Assembly (NCBI RefSeq): GCF_000143415.4
Contig: NW_003314405.1
Coordinates: 20,282-84,281 of the forward strand
Reading direction: 5' to 3'
DNA: 64,000 nt
Source of the DNA: Selaginella moellendorffii
Taxonomy: Eukaryota; Plantae; Lycopodiophyta
Below are positions 24,401 to 36,121 of this stretch, in pieces. The notes under the pieces are model-generated. The model did not search any database, was not told the origin of the DNA, and saw nothing but the letters and a program-made list of their open reading frames with translations. The translations under genes and the position numbers were made by a program. Numbering within the stretch: position 1 is the first letter of the stretch; each line of letters opens with the position of its first letter.

Positions 24401-25207
24401 GCATCACGACGGCCCAGCAGCGCAGCACCAGAATCTGGGCAATCTCCCCAAGCACAAGCAATCCCAGGAGCAAGCCCGGCGGAAGAAGATGTCGCGAGCC
24501 CAGGACGGGATCCTCAAGTACATGCTCAAGATGATGGAGGTCTGCAAAGCCCAAGGATTCGTCTATGGCATCATCCCCGAGAAGGGTAAGCCAGTGAGCG
24601 GCGCCAGCGACAACATCCGCGCGTGGTGGAAGGAGAAGGTCCGCTTCGATCGGAACGGCCCCGCCGCCATCGCCAAGTACGAGGCGGAGCACGGCATCTG
24701 CTCCAGATCCGGCGGAGGCGCTGGCCAGCTCTCCGCCGCCGCCCCGACGCCACACACTCTCCAGGAGCTCCAGGACACCACCCTCGGATCGCTTCTCTCG
24801 GCGCTAATGCAGCACTGCGATCCACCCCAGCGGAGGTACCCGCTGGAGAAAGGGGTGGCGCCGCCGTGGTGGCCGAGCGGCGACGAGGAGTGGTGGCCCG
24901 AGCTTGGGCTTCCAAAGGGGCAGGGGCCGCCGCCGTATAAGAAGCCCCATGATCTCAAGAAGGTGTGGAAGGTTGGAGTTCTCACTGCGGTGATCCGACA
25001 CATGTCCCCGGATATCGGGAAGATCAGGAAGCTCGTGAGGCAGTCCAAGTGCTTGCAAGACAAGATGACTGCCAAGGAGAGCGCGACGTGGATCTCGGTG
25101 CTCAACCAGGAGGAGGCGCTGGCGAGGCAGTGCTCGGGGAATTTGATCGGGCAGCAGCAGCAGCAGCAGAACCACCACCACCACCATAGCCAGGTGATTG
25201 TGATGAG
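19662..25207 (+). repeat. Second copy (with intact EIN3) of the segment duplicated at 1-5373
   Basis: Same co-linear match as for 1-5373. Confidence 0.95.
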
Positions 25208-26660
25208 CAACGGGATGGTGATCTCCGGCTCGCAGATCCAGCAGGCCGCCACTGGCGGCAACAACAGTGAAGGGAGCAACGGTCTGGCGCTGAGCAGTAC
25301 GAGCGAGTACGACGTGGATGGATTCGATGGCTCGCTCAACGTTGTCTCGTGCGAGGATGATCCAGCCGAGGTCAATGGGCCGCCAGCTTTCGTTGGATCG
25401 AGTGGTGGTCGTGGGGGATCCGGTGCTGCCACTGCCACCACGGCCAACGTGAGTGTGGTGAGTGGGGAGCTTGCGGACGTTGTTCTTCACCAGCGGCAGC
25501 AGGAGAGTAAGATCATGTCGCAGCAGCAGCATCACAATCACATGGTGGTGGATCATCAGCAGGACGAGAGCTGGAACAAGCGGAGGATCCCGAGGCTGGT
25601 AGGGAGTCTGAGCAGTAATCTGGGAGGAGACAACGTGAACCGAGCGTTCCTTTGCCAGTACGAGGACTGCCGCCATCACGACCTCAAGTTCGCGTTTGGG
25701 GACAGGAGCTTGAGGAACATCCACCAGAGCAGCTGCCCGCACAGGCCGGAAGCGAAGTGTGTCAGTGTGATCCACGCCGGGAATGGGAGTCAGCACCAGA
25801 ATCACATCCATGGCTTTGGCAGTCAAGCGCCAGCCTCGGTGGCGGCGGCGTCGGCGGCGACGACAAGCGCCTTAATCGCGGGGCAGCAGCAAGACAACAA
25901 AGCCGGCTTGTTTCAATCCGCGATCCTGTCAGCCGAGGATCTCTCGCATCCTCCACAGGCCCAAGCAGCACTGCTTGCGTCCAGCAATGGCACCACCACC
26001 CCCGCCACCACCATCACCACCACCGGCACAGCCACCACCGCCAGCAATAGCAGCCAGCCACTTCACGAGCTGCTACTGGGGATTTACGGTGGCAGCACCG
26101 CGGGGCTCCAGCTCCAGCAGCTGGTGGAAGCCATCGACCACAAGCTCGGCGATCATCACTTTGGCGATGGTGGCGGTGGCGGCGGCATGGATCATGGTTT
26201 TAGCGGCCTGGGATTTGCTCTTGGCAGTAACAACGCCGCCGCCGCCGCGAGCAACAGTCACAGTAGAGTGACGGTTTTGGATCCGGGACGCGGTCTACAG
26301 CAGCAGCAGCATCATCATCACGAGCATCGGATGGATCACAAGTTGTTTAGCGGAGTTGCGAATCATCACCAGCACCATCACCATCAACAGCACCATCAAC
26401 AGCAGCAGCAGCAGCAGCACAATCGCCAGCACCACCACCAGCAGCAGCCACAATTCGAGGCTCCTCCTCCTCCTCCACCGCCATCGCACCACCACCACCA
26501 TCATCACGTACTGGGAGAGAATCTGGTGCTTCACAACGCCGTGCAGGCCTACGTCCCAGCGGCGAGCTTGAATCTGGCCATGGACAACTCGAGAATGCTG
26601 TGCCGGGGAGCTTCGCACGAGATCATCACGGACGAGCCGATCTGGTACTTCGGAGCTTGA
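24126..26660 (+). CDS. EIN3: ETHYLENE INSENSITIVE 3 / EIL transcription factor (intronless, 844 aa)
   Basis: [124 protein letters not shown]-rich C-terminus ending IWYFGA. Confidence 0.98.
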   Translation: MELHGGDPDLCYGLDVDLVGDNDGGLGETVVQDHEDFSDDDMDVDELEKRIWNDRLRLKRIKDKQKARVNNAFSSNHSNHSSHGQQQQQQQQHHDGPAAQHQNLGNLPKHKQSQEQARRKKMSRAQDGILKYMLKMMEVCKAQGFVYGIIPEKGKPVSGASDNIRAWWKEKVRFDRNGPAAIAKYEAEHGICSRSGGGAGQLSAAAPTPHTLQELQDTTLGSLLSALMQHCDPPQRRYPLEKGVAPPWWPSGDEEWWPELGLPKGQGPPPYKKPHDLKKVWKVGVLTAVIRHMSPDIGKIRKLVRQSKCLQDKMTAKESATWISVLNQEEALARQCSGNLIGQQQQQQNHHHHHSQVIVMSNGMVISGSQIQQAATGGNNSEGSNGLALSSTSEYDVDGFDGSLNVVSCEDDPAEVNGPPAFVGSSGGRGGSGAATATTANVSVVSGELADVVLHQRQQESKIMSQQQHHNHMVVDHQQDESWNKRRIPRLVGSLSSNLGGDNVNRAFLCQYEDCRHHDLKFAFGDRSLRNIHQSSCPHRPEAKCVSVIHAGNGSQHQNHIHGFGSQAPASVAAASAATTSALIAGQQQDNKAGLFQSAILSAEDLSHPPQAQAALLASSNGTTTPATTITTTGTATTASNSSQPLHELLLGIYGGSTAGLQLQQLVEAIDHKLGDHHFGDGGGGGGMDHGFSGLGFALGSNNAAAAASNSHSRVTVLDPGRGLQQQQHHHHEHRMDHKLFSGVANHHQHHHHQQHHQQQQQQQHNRQHHHQQQPQFEAPPPPPPPSHHHHHHHVLGENLVLHNAVQAYVPAASLNLAMDNSRMLCRGASHEIITDEPIWYFGA

Positions 26661-26814
26661 CGAGATCGAGAGAGGCATAGATTAAAAAAAAACACCATCG
26701 CCAAGATCGTCCCGCCAACTTTTGGGAAGAATGGAGAGTGTCAAGTTATAAACCACACACGAAACGCTTTTTCCTGTGCTTAGTGTTTGTATAATGTATT
26801 GTTCTCGATTTAAT

Positions 26815-27090
26815 CTCCATAGCCATCCTCCATAGCCAAGAGCTCCAAGAAAAGCTTTGGAGATCTCTCTCATCCTCCATAGCCAAAAGCTCGTTCAGAG
26901 GGAATCATCGAAACAGAGCTTTCTTTTTGGAGATCTCTCTGTTGCTAAAAGCCATCCTCCATAGCCAAAAGCTCGTTTAGAGGGAATCATCGAAACAAAA
27001 GCTTTCTTTTTGGAGATCTCTCTCTCATCCTCCATAGCCAGGAGCTCGTCTAGCGTGAAACAAAGATTAAAAGCTTACTTTTTGGAGATG
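26815..27090. repeat. Imperfect tandem repeat (~50-80 bp units, core CATCCTCCATAGCC...GGAGATCTCTCT) 3' of EIN3
   Basis: catcctccatagcc at ~26824, 26871, 26953 and 27025, each followed by agctc...ttggagat. Confidence 0.85.
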
Positions 27091-27644
27091 TAAGTGTGCT
27101 CCTCGCTCGTGGTTGTAGGTCTTAGTCGCGATCTTAACCGCGTTGATGATGGTTTTACGTACGCTCAAATCTGGGCGATGGCGAGCACTTTCTCGTCGGT
27201 GCACTTCACCCGGCTGGGATTTTTCCAAACGGAAAAAATTCGAACAGAAGCAACGAACTCTGTGCGAGCGAGAGTGCGAGAGCGAAGTGGTAGTAGTAGA
27301 TCTCCTTACGCTTGGCATTCTCGATCGAGCCCCTGGAAAGGCGAGCACTTAGAGAAACTAGAAAAGAATGCGAAGTGGAGAAGAAAGAAAAGCTTACTTA
27401 AATGGAGAGGAGACGAAGGAAGCAGCGAGCGTGCTTGTGCTGTTTTGTTTGCTCCGCTGAATAAGCTTGGCGCTCTGACCACAGCCACAGGCACACATGT
27501 AGTGCTCGCTCGTTTGCTCCGGACAGGCAGCCAACCATGTGGCCGAGACGCAGCGCCCAATCCAGGCCTAGCACCTGTGGAAGTTTCACGGCATTGTTTT
27601 TGCTTTCCCTCTGTTCTTGGCTCTTCCTCCTTGTCTTCCTGTTC

Positions 27645-28353
27645 TTGATGACTTCGCTGCGAGGATAACTTAACTGATCCACAGTCCGTGTCGCTTCTCT
27701 CGCGATCCAGATCCAGACTGACTTTGCGAGTAGCTTAACCGATGCCGTGTTGTTCGCTTGTTTGTAACTTTCCTCCTCCCTGATGATTACTTAACGACCA
27801 TCTTCTCGAGACTGAACGGACAATCTCCTCGTTTCCTGTTCACCGAAGTACTGACTTTGAGAGAAAACTTGCGCAAAAACTTGCTTTTCCTGTAACCGGA
27901 TCCTGACGGGATCGCTCTCCCGTGACTGAACTTAACCGATCGAGACGATCATCTTGTTCTTCGTACTTCCTTTCCCTGTGGCCGACTAGATGAAAAATCT
28001 AGTCAACCATCTCAAAGTACCGACTATGAGAGAAACTTGCGCAAACACTTGCACTGGATCCTCAGAAACTCGCTCTCCCGTGACTGGCTTCGCAAAGAAC
28101 TTAACCACCATCTTGTTCTTCGTCCGTCCTTTCCCTGTGGCCGATTACGCGAGCGGGGAGCTTAGACACCATCTCAAAGTACTGACCTTAGCGAGAAACT
28201 TGGTCGACCATCGACTGTAACAGGATCCCGACAAGCTCGCTCTCCCGTGACTGGCCTCACGAAGAACTTAACCGATCGAGACGACCGCCGACTACGAGGA
28301 GCTTGAAAAATCTAGACAACCATCTCGTTCTTGTGACTGACTTCGCGAGGATC
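27645..28353 (-). repeat. Degenerate tandem reiterations of the TyrRS last codons and 3' flank
   Basis: cttaaccgatcgagacgatcatcttgttcttc (27931), cttaaccaccatcttgttcttc (28100) and cttaaccgatcgagacgacc (28267) copy the gene end cttaaccaatccggacgaccatcttgttcttc (28353). Confidence 0.75.
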
Positions 28354-29769
28354 TTAACCAATCCGGACGACCATCTTGTTCTTCTTTCCTGCCGAAAGTA
28401 GCAGCATCTTGCCATCGATGATATCCGACTCCGCCACGAGCAATCTCTCGTCGTCCACCTTCGCGTTGTTCATGTAGATGCCACCTTGTTTGATGAGGCG
28501 ACGAGCAACAGCTTTGCTCGGAGCGAGGCCGCAGCTGACGCACAGATCCACCACGGGGCCGACGACGACGGACGAGTCGAGCGTGCACGACGGTACGTCT
28601 CTGGAGATGGCCTCGATCGCTGTCCAGTCCAGCGTCGTGGTGCTTCCAGGAGACAGTGCCTGTGTGACTTTCAGAGCCTCCTCCAAGCCATCTTCTCCAT
28701 GCACGAACCTCGTCACTTCTTCCGCCAGCCTTCTCTGAGCAGTGTTGGCGACGTACCCCGGCTCGGACATGGATTTCTCCAGCGCCTCGATCTCCTCCAG
28801 CTCCACAAACGTGAGCATTCTCAGCATCTTGATCACGTCCGAGTCGGGTGTCGCAAAGAGGTGCTGGTAGAAGTGATACGGCGATAGGAACTTCGACGAG
28901 AGCCACACCGCGCCACCTTCCGATTTTCCGAACTTGGTTCCATCGCTCTTGACGAGAAGTGGAAAAGTGAGGCCGTAGGCATCGTCTCGTTGCAAGAGCT
29001 TGCGTACCAAGTCGATTCCAGCAGTTATATTCCCCCACTGATCGCTGCCACCGATCTGGACCGAAACGCCATTGCTTTTGTAGAGATGAACGAAGTCGTA
29101 GCCTTGCAGTAGCTGATACGTAAACTCCGTGAAGCTGATACCTTCTTCCGAGGCCAGCCTTCTCTTCACACTCTCCTTTGCAACCATCGTTCCAACCCGA
29201 GCAAACTTTCCAACATCCCGCAAGAACTCGAGCAAGCTAAACTCCTTCCACCAGTCGTAATTGTTGAGCACAACAGCCTTTTGCTGCAAGATCTCCGTGA
29301 GAAGAGCTTGGATTCCCTGCGTGTTCTTCTCGATCGTAGCTTCATCCATGACAGGTCTCTCAGCACTCTTTCCCGATGGGTCGCCTATTCTTCCAGTCGC
29401 ACCACCTAAAAGAGCCACGGTCTCGTGACCACACCGCTGGAACCACTCGAGTACCACAATTCCCAGCAAGTTTCCCAGGTGCAAGCTCTCCGCTGTGGGG
29501 TCGAAGCCGCAGTACACCTTGATGGGTTTCTCGTCGCATGCCTTCTTCAAGCTCTCGCCAGCAATCGACTCGACAAGTCCCCTCTGCTCTAGAATTTCCA
29601 CCACATTCCTCCTACAGCGAACGCTACTCGAGCTGGAGCTGTGGCTGAAAATCCCCGAGAAGCTGCTGCTGACCAGTGCCGGAAAGTGGCAAGAGCTGCT
29701 GCTAGTGACAAACCCGGCACTCCTGCTCAAGGCGACATAGCCAGACGCTAGCTCCATAGCTATATCCAT
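28354..29769 (-). CDS. Organellar (bacterial-type) tyrosyl-tRNA synthetase, intronless
   Basis: Ser-rich transit peptide. YCGFDPTAESLHLGN (HIGH motif), FTYQLLQGYDF, QIGGSDQWGNI, KFGKS (KMSKS motif). C-terminal S4-like domain ending LSAGKKNK. Confidence 0.97.
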   Translation of the reverse strand: MDIAMELASGYVALSRSAGFVTSSSSCHFPALVSSSFSGIFSHSSSSSSVRCRRNVVEILEQRGLVESIAGESLKKACDEKPIKVYCGFDPTAESLHLGNLLGIVVLEWFQRCGHETVALLGGATGRIGDPSGKSAERPVMDEATIEKNTQGIQALLTEILQQKAVVLNNYDWWKEFSLLEFLRDVGKFARVGTMVAKESVKRRLASEEGISFTEFTYQLLQGYDFVHLYKSNGVSVQIGGSDQWGNITAGIDLVRKLLQRDDAYGLTFPLLVKSDGTKFGKSEGGAVWLSSKFLSPYHFYQHLFATPDSDVIKMLRMLTFVELEEIEALEKSMSEPGYVANTAQRRLAEEVTRFVHGEDGLEEALKVTQALSPGSTTTLDWTAIEAISRDVPSCTLDSSVVVGPVVDLCVSCGLAPSKAVARRLIKQGGIYMNNAKVDDERLLVAESDIIDGKMLLLSAGKKNKMVVRIG

Positions 29770-29817
29770 GGATTAAATCTTGCAAAACTGTACAGCTACC
29801 GTTGGGATAAGTTATCT

Positions 29818-32348
29818 CTACTTTGTCGCAACTGTGGTAGCCTGAGTAGCTGAAACCGACGACTCGGAACTAGGGACTGCTTTGGAAAATCCAATCACTT
29901 TGTTAAGAGCACTCACGTAAGCTCGGACGCTTGAGACTGTCACGTCTTCGGATGCACCGGATCCACTGAGCAGGCAGAAGGTTGAATCGTAAGAATGAAG
30001 ATGTAGCAACTTCATGGATTCTCACCTGAAAGACCTCTGAACAGGCTCTGTGCTTTGGGCGTGCGTTACTGGAGTCGAGTTCTCGGCACGTATCACGACT
30101 CTTGTGTTGGCGATTGCATCGATTCCTTCAGTAACAGCGTTCATGGAATACTCCAAAAGAGTTACTGGAATCTGTAAGATTGTTCAGTGCAATGCAAAAG
30201 TTTCCTCAAGGAAATTTGATTACCTGAACGATTGAATCAACTGCCTTGTATGCTGCATCCACAGGCCCCGTTCCAATGGACGTACCAACACGTTGAATGT
30301 TATCTGGACCAGATAACTTCACGGTCGCTGTTGATAATCCCAGGGTTCCACACACGACCTGTTGTTTCAAGAAAGGTATTCAAACAGTGAGCCGAAGCAA
30401 CAGCAAAAGCAGCAAACCTGGAGGTCCAAAAGAGCCCACACAACTTCTGGTTGAAAAACTTCGTCCGATAACAAAGCTTCCAGGTCAACATCCGATAAGG
30501 ACTAAAAGCACAGCACAGCACTTAGAAGCCGGAAAACATCGCAAAGTACAACATTACCTTCTTTTTGTCTGCCACAGCCTTGAAACGTTTAAAAACGTCA
30601 TCCAGCTGCTTGGATTCTAGCTCGTATCCCAGCTATCAGCTCGTAGAATTAGACTATGGCAACTGATGCTAAAACGGGCAGTCATACCTGGGACAACCGA
30701 GTTTTTAACGCATGCCGACCACTAAAGATAAAAAGCTCGCCGTCAGGACAAACAAGCAGCAAAAACCATAGTTGTTACCTGTGCTTTCCAAGGACGATAC
30801 CGGCTTCATCAGCACGAACAAGTCCAATGTCTTCCGGACACATGATCTCATAAGTTCCTTTAAACTTTAGCATCCCATCCTGCCAAGAGACAATTACGTG
30901 AGACCTCTTCCATTACAGTATGTAGATTTAACCTGGTGGATTCCGCTTTCGTGAGCAAATGCGTTGGCCCCAACAATGGCCTTGTGAGGTTGAACGGTCA
31001 TTCCTGTATAGTCAGACACCTGAAACGCGCAACCAGAGAGAAAGCCACGTTACAGAAGAAACTGAAGTAAAACTCACCATGCGACTTGTGACAGCAATAT
31101 GCTTGGGTTTGATGCCCGTGTGGAGACCATTGAGCTGCTCGTCTCCGCGGCATCTAATAGCCATGACTACCTACGACGAAGTAATGAGTAACGGGTAAAC
31201 CCAGGCAGACTTTAAGATGGCAAACCTCTTCAAGCGACGCGTTGCCTGCTCTCTCTCCAATACCGTTGATTGTTACTTCCAATTGCCTGGCACCTGCATA
31301 AGCACCCTGCTCGAAAGATCAGACCCGAGAATCTCAAGCTGCGAGAAACAAAAAAACTACGAAAGCAAGAAAAGTTTCTTCTTATGAGGAACACTTACAG
31401 CAAGAGTGTTGGCAGTCGCGAGTCCAAGATCGTTTTGACAGTGGGTAGAAATGACAACACTCTGGCTTCCCGGCGTGTTTTCCTTGATCATCGCTATCAA
31501 CCTTCCAAACTCCGAAGGTAGCGTGTAGCCAACAGTATCCGGAATGTTGAGAGTGGTGGCTCCAGCCTTGATAACTTCCGCGAGAATTCTATACAAAAAC
31601 TCGGGATCGGACCTAGAAAAACAAACAAAATTTGTTTTTTCGTGTCAGAAGATCAAGAACAAGCAAGGAAAAAAAATCTCCATGCATACCTTCCAGCATC
31701 CTCGGGACTAAACTCGATGTCCTGGCAGCCAAGGCTCTTGGCGTATCCAACCATGTCAGTGGCGATTTGGACGACCTCGTCCGGTGATTTGCGAAGCTTG
31801 TGCTTCATGTGGATCTCGCTAGTCGCGATGAAGGTGTGGATTCGAGGCCGGAGAGCATGGCTCACAGCCTCCCAGGCGGCAGCTATGTCCGCCTTGTTGC
31901 ATCGAGAGAGCCCACAAATCACTGGAACATACCCGTCATCGTCCACCCTGTTGCCAACGTCGAGCGCGATCCCCTTGACCGCCAGGAGATCGTCGGGCGA
32001 CGCGATTGGGAATCCCGCCTCGATGATGTCCACGCCCAGCTTGGCAAGCTGCCGCGCAATGTCGAGCTTCTCCTTGCTCGTCAGCGTCGCGCCGGGGGAT
32101 TGCTCGCCGTCCCTGAGCGTCGTATCGAAGATCCGGACGTAGCTGGGATCATCGATCCTGCTAGGGACGTAGATCGGCCGCTTTCTCTGAAAAAACTGGC
32201 GCTCGCTCGAGGAGGCAGCCAAAACCCTGCATTTCCATGGCGCTGGCGATGGAGATGGAGATTTTCGCAGCTTGCATTGAAATGCTGGGGATCCAGGGGC
32301 TGGAGCGATCACACGATGATCCATCGCCATGGCCGACACGGCCGACAT
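29818..32348 (-). CDS. IPMS: 2-isopropylmalate synthase, plastid, multi-exon
   Basis: [73 protein letters not shown]. Regulatory domain GTGPVDAAY and [11 protein letters not shown]. Confidence 0.95.
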
Positions 32349-32386
32349 CGCATCAACGCAACGCATCAGACGCACACAAGCCACAA

Positions 32387-32402
32387 AACCCTAATTAGGG
32401 TT
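32387..32402. promoter_or_regulatory. Palindromic double telo-box AACCCTAATTAGGGTT in the IPMS/VHA-C divergent gap
   Basis: Perfect 16-bp palindrome in a ~100-bp head-to-head gap. Confidence 0.55.
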
Positions 32403-32450
32403 CTAAAGTTTTTGGGATCTCTTTCGCTCTCGCGCGGCATCGATCGCTCG

Positions 32451-34177
32451 ATGGCATTGGCCGTGACGCGCTACTGCCTCGTCTCGCTCCCGGTGCTCGA
32501 ATCGGCAGCTGCGACATGGGCAGCATTGCAGCAAGGGATCTCCAGAGTCGCCTTCGACACACCGACTTACAAGGTATTTCCCCAAATCTCTTCTTCCTTC
32601 TTCCTCACTCCCATTCCTCGCAGTTCAATATCCCTGAATTGCGGATCGGGACGCTCGATGCGCTCATGGTTCTCAGCGATGATCTTGTCAAGGTACTCAT
32701 AGCTCAATTATTTCGATGGATTCATTCTCAAGGGCTACTGGGAAAAAAAAATGTAGATCAATGGCGTGGTGGAGGGAGTGACACACAAGATTCGTCGCCA
32801 GATCGAGGATTTGGATCATCACGCTGGAGTGGAAGCGAGCGCTCTTACAGTCGATGGGGTACCAGTTGACACTTACATTACCAAGTAGAGAGAACGATTT
32901 GTTTTTCTTCTTTCTCATCCTAGTGCTCGGAATTCTAAAGCGTTTGTCGTGACTACTGACAGATTTACGTGGGACGAGGCGAAGTATCCACTCATGAATC
33001 CTCTCAGAGAGACTGCCGATATGATCCAAGACAACGTTTCCAAGCACGAAGACGACTTAAAAGTGAGTTTTTTTTTGTGTGTGATTTGCTCAAGTTGGTG
33101 TTGTGAATTTTCTTGCAGATTAGAGTAGCAGAGTACACGAATGTGAAAACACAACTCAGTGCTATCAATCGCAGGCAAACTGGAAGGTCTGTCGCGGTCA
33201 TTCGTGCTGGAAAAACTGAGTTTTTGGTTCTTTGTAGCATGGCCGCGCGTGACATCTCCAACCTGGTGAAGCCGTCCGACGTTATCAGCACGGAGCACCT
33301 GGTGACTTTAGTGGTGGTAGTCTCAAAGTTTTCGCAAAACGAATGGCTAAAGAGCTACGAAAGTCTCACTGACTTTGTGGTAAGACAGCGCGCTCTAACC
33401 GACAAGATTTTGATCAAAACGTTTCAGGTTCCTCGATCATCTGCGAAGCTACACGAGGACAACGAGTATGCTCTGTACACCGTGATCCTCTTTCGCAAGG
33501 TAGCAGACAACTTCAAATCAGCTGCACGAGAGAGAGGCTTCCAGGTAAAAAGTCCATTTCTTCTTCACTGACGGCCTTTAGATTCTATCAGGTTAGAGAT
33601 ATCGAGTTTGATCCAGAGGGACAACAACAAAGAAGGCAAGAACAAGATAAGCTGAGCCGCGAACTCGACAGCCTACGAAGCTCCCTCCAACAGTGGTGCT
33701 GTGCTAGTTACGGAGAGGTGTGTGATCATTTTCTCTTTTTATCTTTCGTGATCTGAAAAACAATTTTCATCCCTCGTCGCAGGTTTTCAGTGCGTGGATG
33801 CACATATGTGCCATCCGGATCTTTGCCGAGAGTATTTTGAGATACGGCCTTCCTCCAAAGTTCCTGGTAAGATCCATCCATACCACCAAAGATTTGTCTA
33901 TACAAAAAACCATTTTTTCTCGATTCACAGGCCGCAGTGATGGCTCCTAGCCAGAGAAACGAGAAGAAAGTCCGATCAATGCTCGAAGGACTGTGTAATG
34001 CTCCCAACAGGTAAAGAAAAAAATGGATTTTTTTCTTGGTTTGTGACATTCGAGCGTGTTTGATCGCGCAGTGGCTTTTGGAAATCTGACGAAGATGGTG
34101 GTGGCGTGGCTGGAATCGTGGGAGGAGAAGTGGAAGCTCATCCATATGTATCGTTCACTTTAAACTTGGCTGGATGA
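32451..34177 (+). CDS. VHA-C: Vacuolar H+-ATPase subunit C, multi-exon
   Basis: [94 protein letters not shown]. Confidence 0.95.
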
Positions 34178-34272
34178 TTCATCCAACAAGACTCTCTTCC
34201 TTCATTCTTGTGAGTTTTAAAACAAATAAATAAAAGATTCTCCCTCCTCTTTCCCTAGGGTTTTTGGAAGCG

Positions 34273-36014
34273 ATGGAGGTTTTGGCGAAGCAAGCGGTAT
34301 GGCGCCCAGGGTTTTGCGCGCCGTCAAGGAGTTCTAGGATGAGCGCCCGGGCAATGCATGGCGAAAGCAGTGTCAGATCGATTCCGAGTCCACAGAAGCC
34401 GATTCGAGCAGAGATTAAGGTACCGGTTCCTCCAGTAGGCAAGAACAGCAGCGCTGGCGAGGAGAAGGAAGATTTCGAGGAGAAGGCGCCGATTCCAGCT
34501 CCTGTGGAGGATATTTCGGTGGATTACTACGAGCCAAAGCTCGGGGATGTTGTTGTGGGGATGGTAGTGTCCGGGAACAGCAGCAAATTGGAAGTGGACA
34601 TAGGAGCTCAATCGCTGGGAATGATGTTTGCGCGGGATCTTGTTCCTTTCGAGAGGTTCAAGCTGGAAGATCGAATGTGGAGGATTGACGACGATAATTC
34701 TGATGGTTATTCGGAGAGATTTGTTCCACCAACAAGTGGTCGGGCTTGTCTCGTGAAAGATGACGAGGCATTGGATGCTTCCGCTGGTGGCGATCTCATG
34801 GTGGAGCCTGGGACGATTGTGCAGCTTTTGATAATCGGGAAGACTTTGAGCGGCACAGCTTTGCTATCTATGCGGAACTTTTCTCGACCGATCGCATGGC
34901 AACGAGTGAGAGATGTGAGTATTCTTCTCTTTATTCTAGCAGTTCATATTTTGATCATGGTGGAATTTCATTTCCTGCTTTCTTTTAGTCAGATTCACAG
35001 CGCTGAAGAAAGTATAGAAGTCCGGATTGAATCGTACAATCTCGGTGGGCTGATCTGTCGGATTGAGGTACTTTGTTTGGAGCATTTACCCGATTTTGGT
35101 GGCCGACCAAACTATTGCAGGGGTTGACAGCTTTCCTTCCAAAAGATATGATCCAGAACTCGCCTCGGGATATCACACAGCTGAAAGACTATGTAAGCTG
35201 GATACAGTTTCACTTCACGTAAGAAACTGAAGTGCTTTCTGTTGCGTATAGGTGGGAAGAACTTTGCTTGTGATGATTATTGAGGTAGAGGAAGCAAAAG
35301 CGAGAATACTTGTGAACGAACGCGCAGCATGGGTGGGTACTCCAGTTTCTCTGAATAGAGTCCACTTACTGGGTACTGTTCTGCTATTTTTTCAGGTACA
35401 ACAGCTTGCACCCCCGGACTCACTAGTTGAAGGTGTTGTCAAGAAGGTTGAAGCTTATGGAGTTGTTGTCAGCATTGATGAAACAGATTTAAGGTAGTTT
35501 GTCTATGTATCGAACCGGCTTGAATCGTTTTTTTTTTTTTTTCTTTCAGCGCATTGCTCCATATATCGAACATATCCCATCGAAGAATTGCTCGCGTGGC
35601 CGACATTTTTGCGGAAGGTGATCGCATCAAGGCAGTGGTACTGAGACCTCGAGTTCCGGACAAAGTCATCTTAAGGTGTGATTTTCTTTCCTTTTTTTGT
35701 TCGATATTCTCAAACAACTTCTGATCAGCACTTCACTCTTGGAGCGCGAGAAGGGATCGATTATCGCAGACAAGGAGGTAAGATGTTTCATTTCTCGTTA
35801 TTGCTCTCTTCATTCTTCCTCTCGCTTGTTCCAGAAAGTGTTCAGAGAAGCTGACGACGCTTTCAAAGACTGGAGGAGGGACAAATCGAAATTTGTAGAC
35901 GATGTCCGGAGGTCCAAGACCGGCTCATACGAAGAGACGCTGAAACAAGCACGGGAAGTGGAGACGAAGCAAATCGCCAACTTGGACTGGTTGGATTTTG
36001 AAGAAAACAAGTAA
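34273..36014 (+). CDS. Plastid S1-domain RNA-binding protein (PDE338/RLSB-like), multi-exon
   Basis: Transit peptide. DYYEPKLGDVVVGMVVSGNSSKLEVDIGA. Three S1-like repeats (YNLGGLICRIE, LLHISNISH). C-terminal IANLDWLDF. Confidence 0.8.
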
Positions 36015-36121
36015 CCAAACAGCCTGTACCCATCCATGTCTTATAAACTGGATGGGAAGTGCTTGGAACAGCCAAGAAGAAGAAATTGAGTGTGAGCCCT
36101 AGGTAGAGAGGTGAGGAGAGA

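Noticed and set aside
23535-25826. Long antisense ORFs (406, 340 and 294 aa) over EIN3, and the 348-aa ORF over its pseudogene
   Set aside because: GC-rich codon and CAG-repeat shadows of EIN3.
26815-28353. Repeat arrays as CRISPR-like structures
   Set aside because: Eukaryotic context, the units are imperfect with related rather than unique spacers, and there are no cas genes.
31800-32702. 300-aa plus-strand ORF spanning IPMS exon 1 and VHA-C exon 1
   Set aside because: Antisense shadow of IPMS running in frame into the real VHA-C first exon. The real start is 32451.
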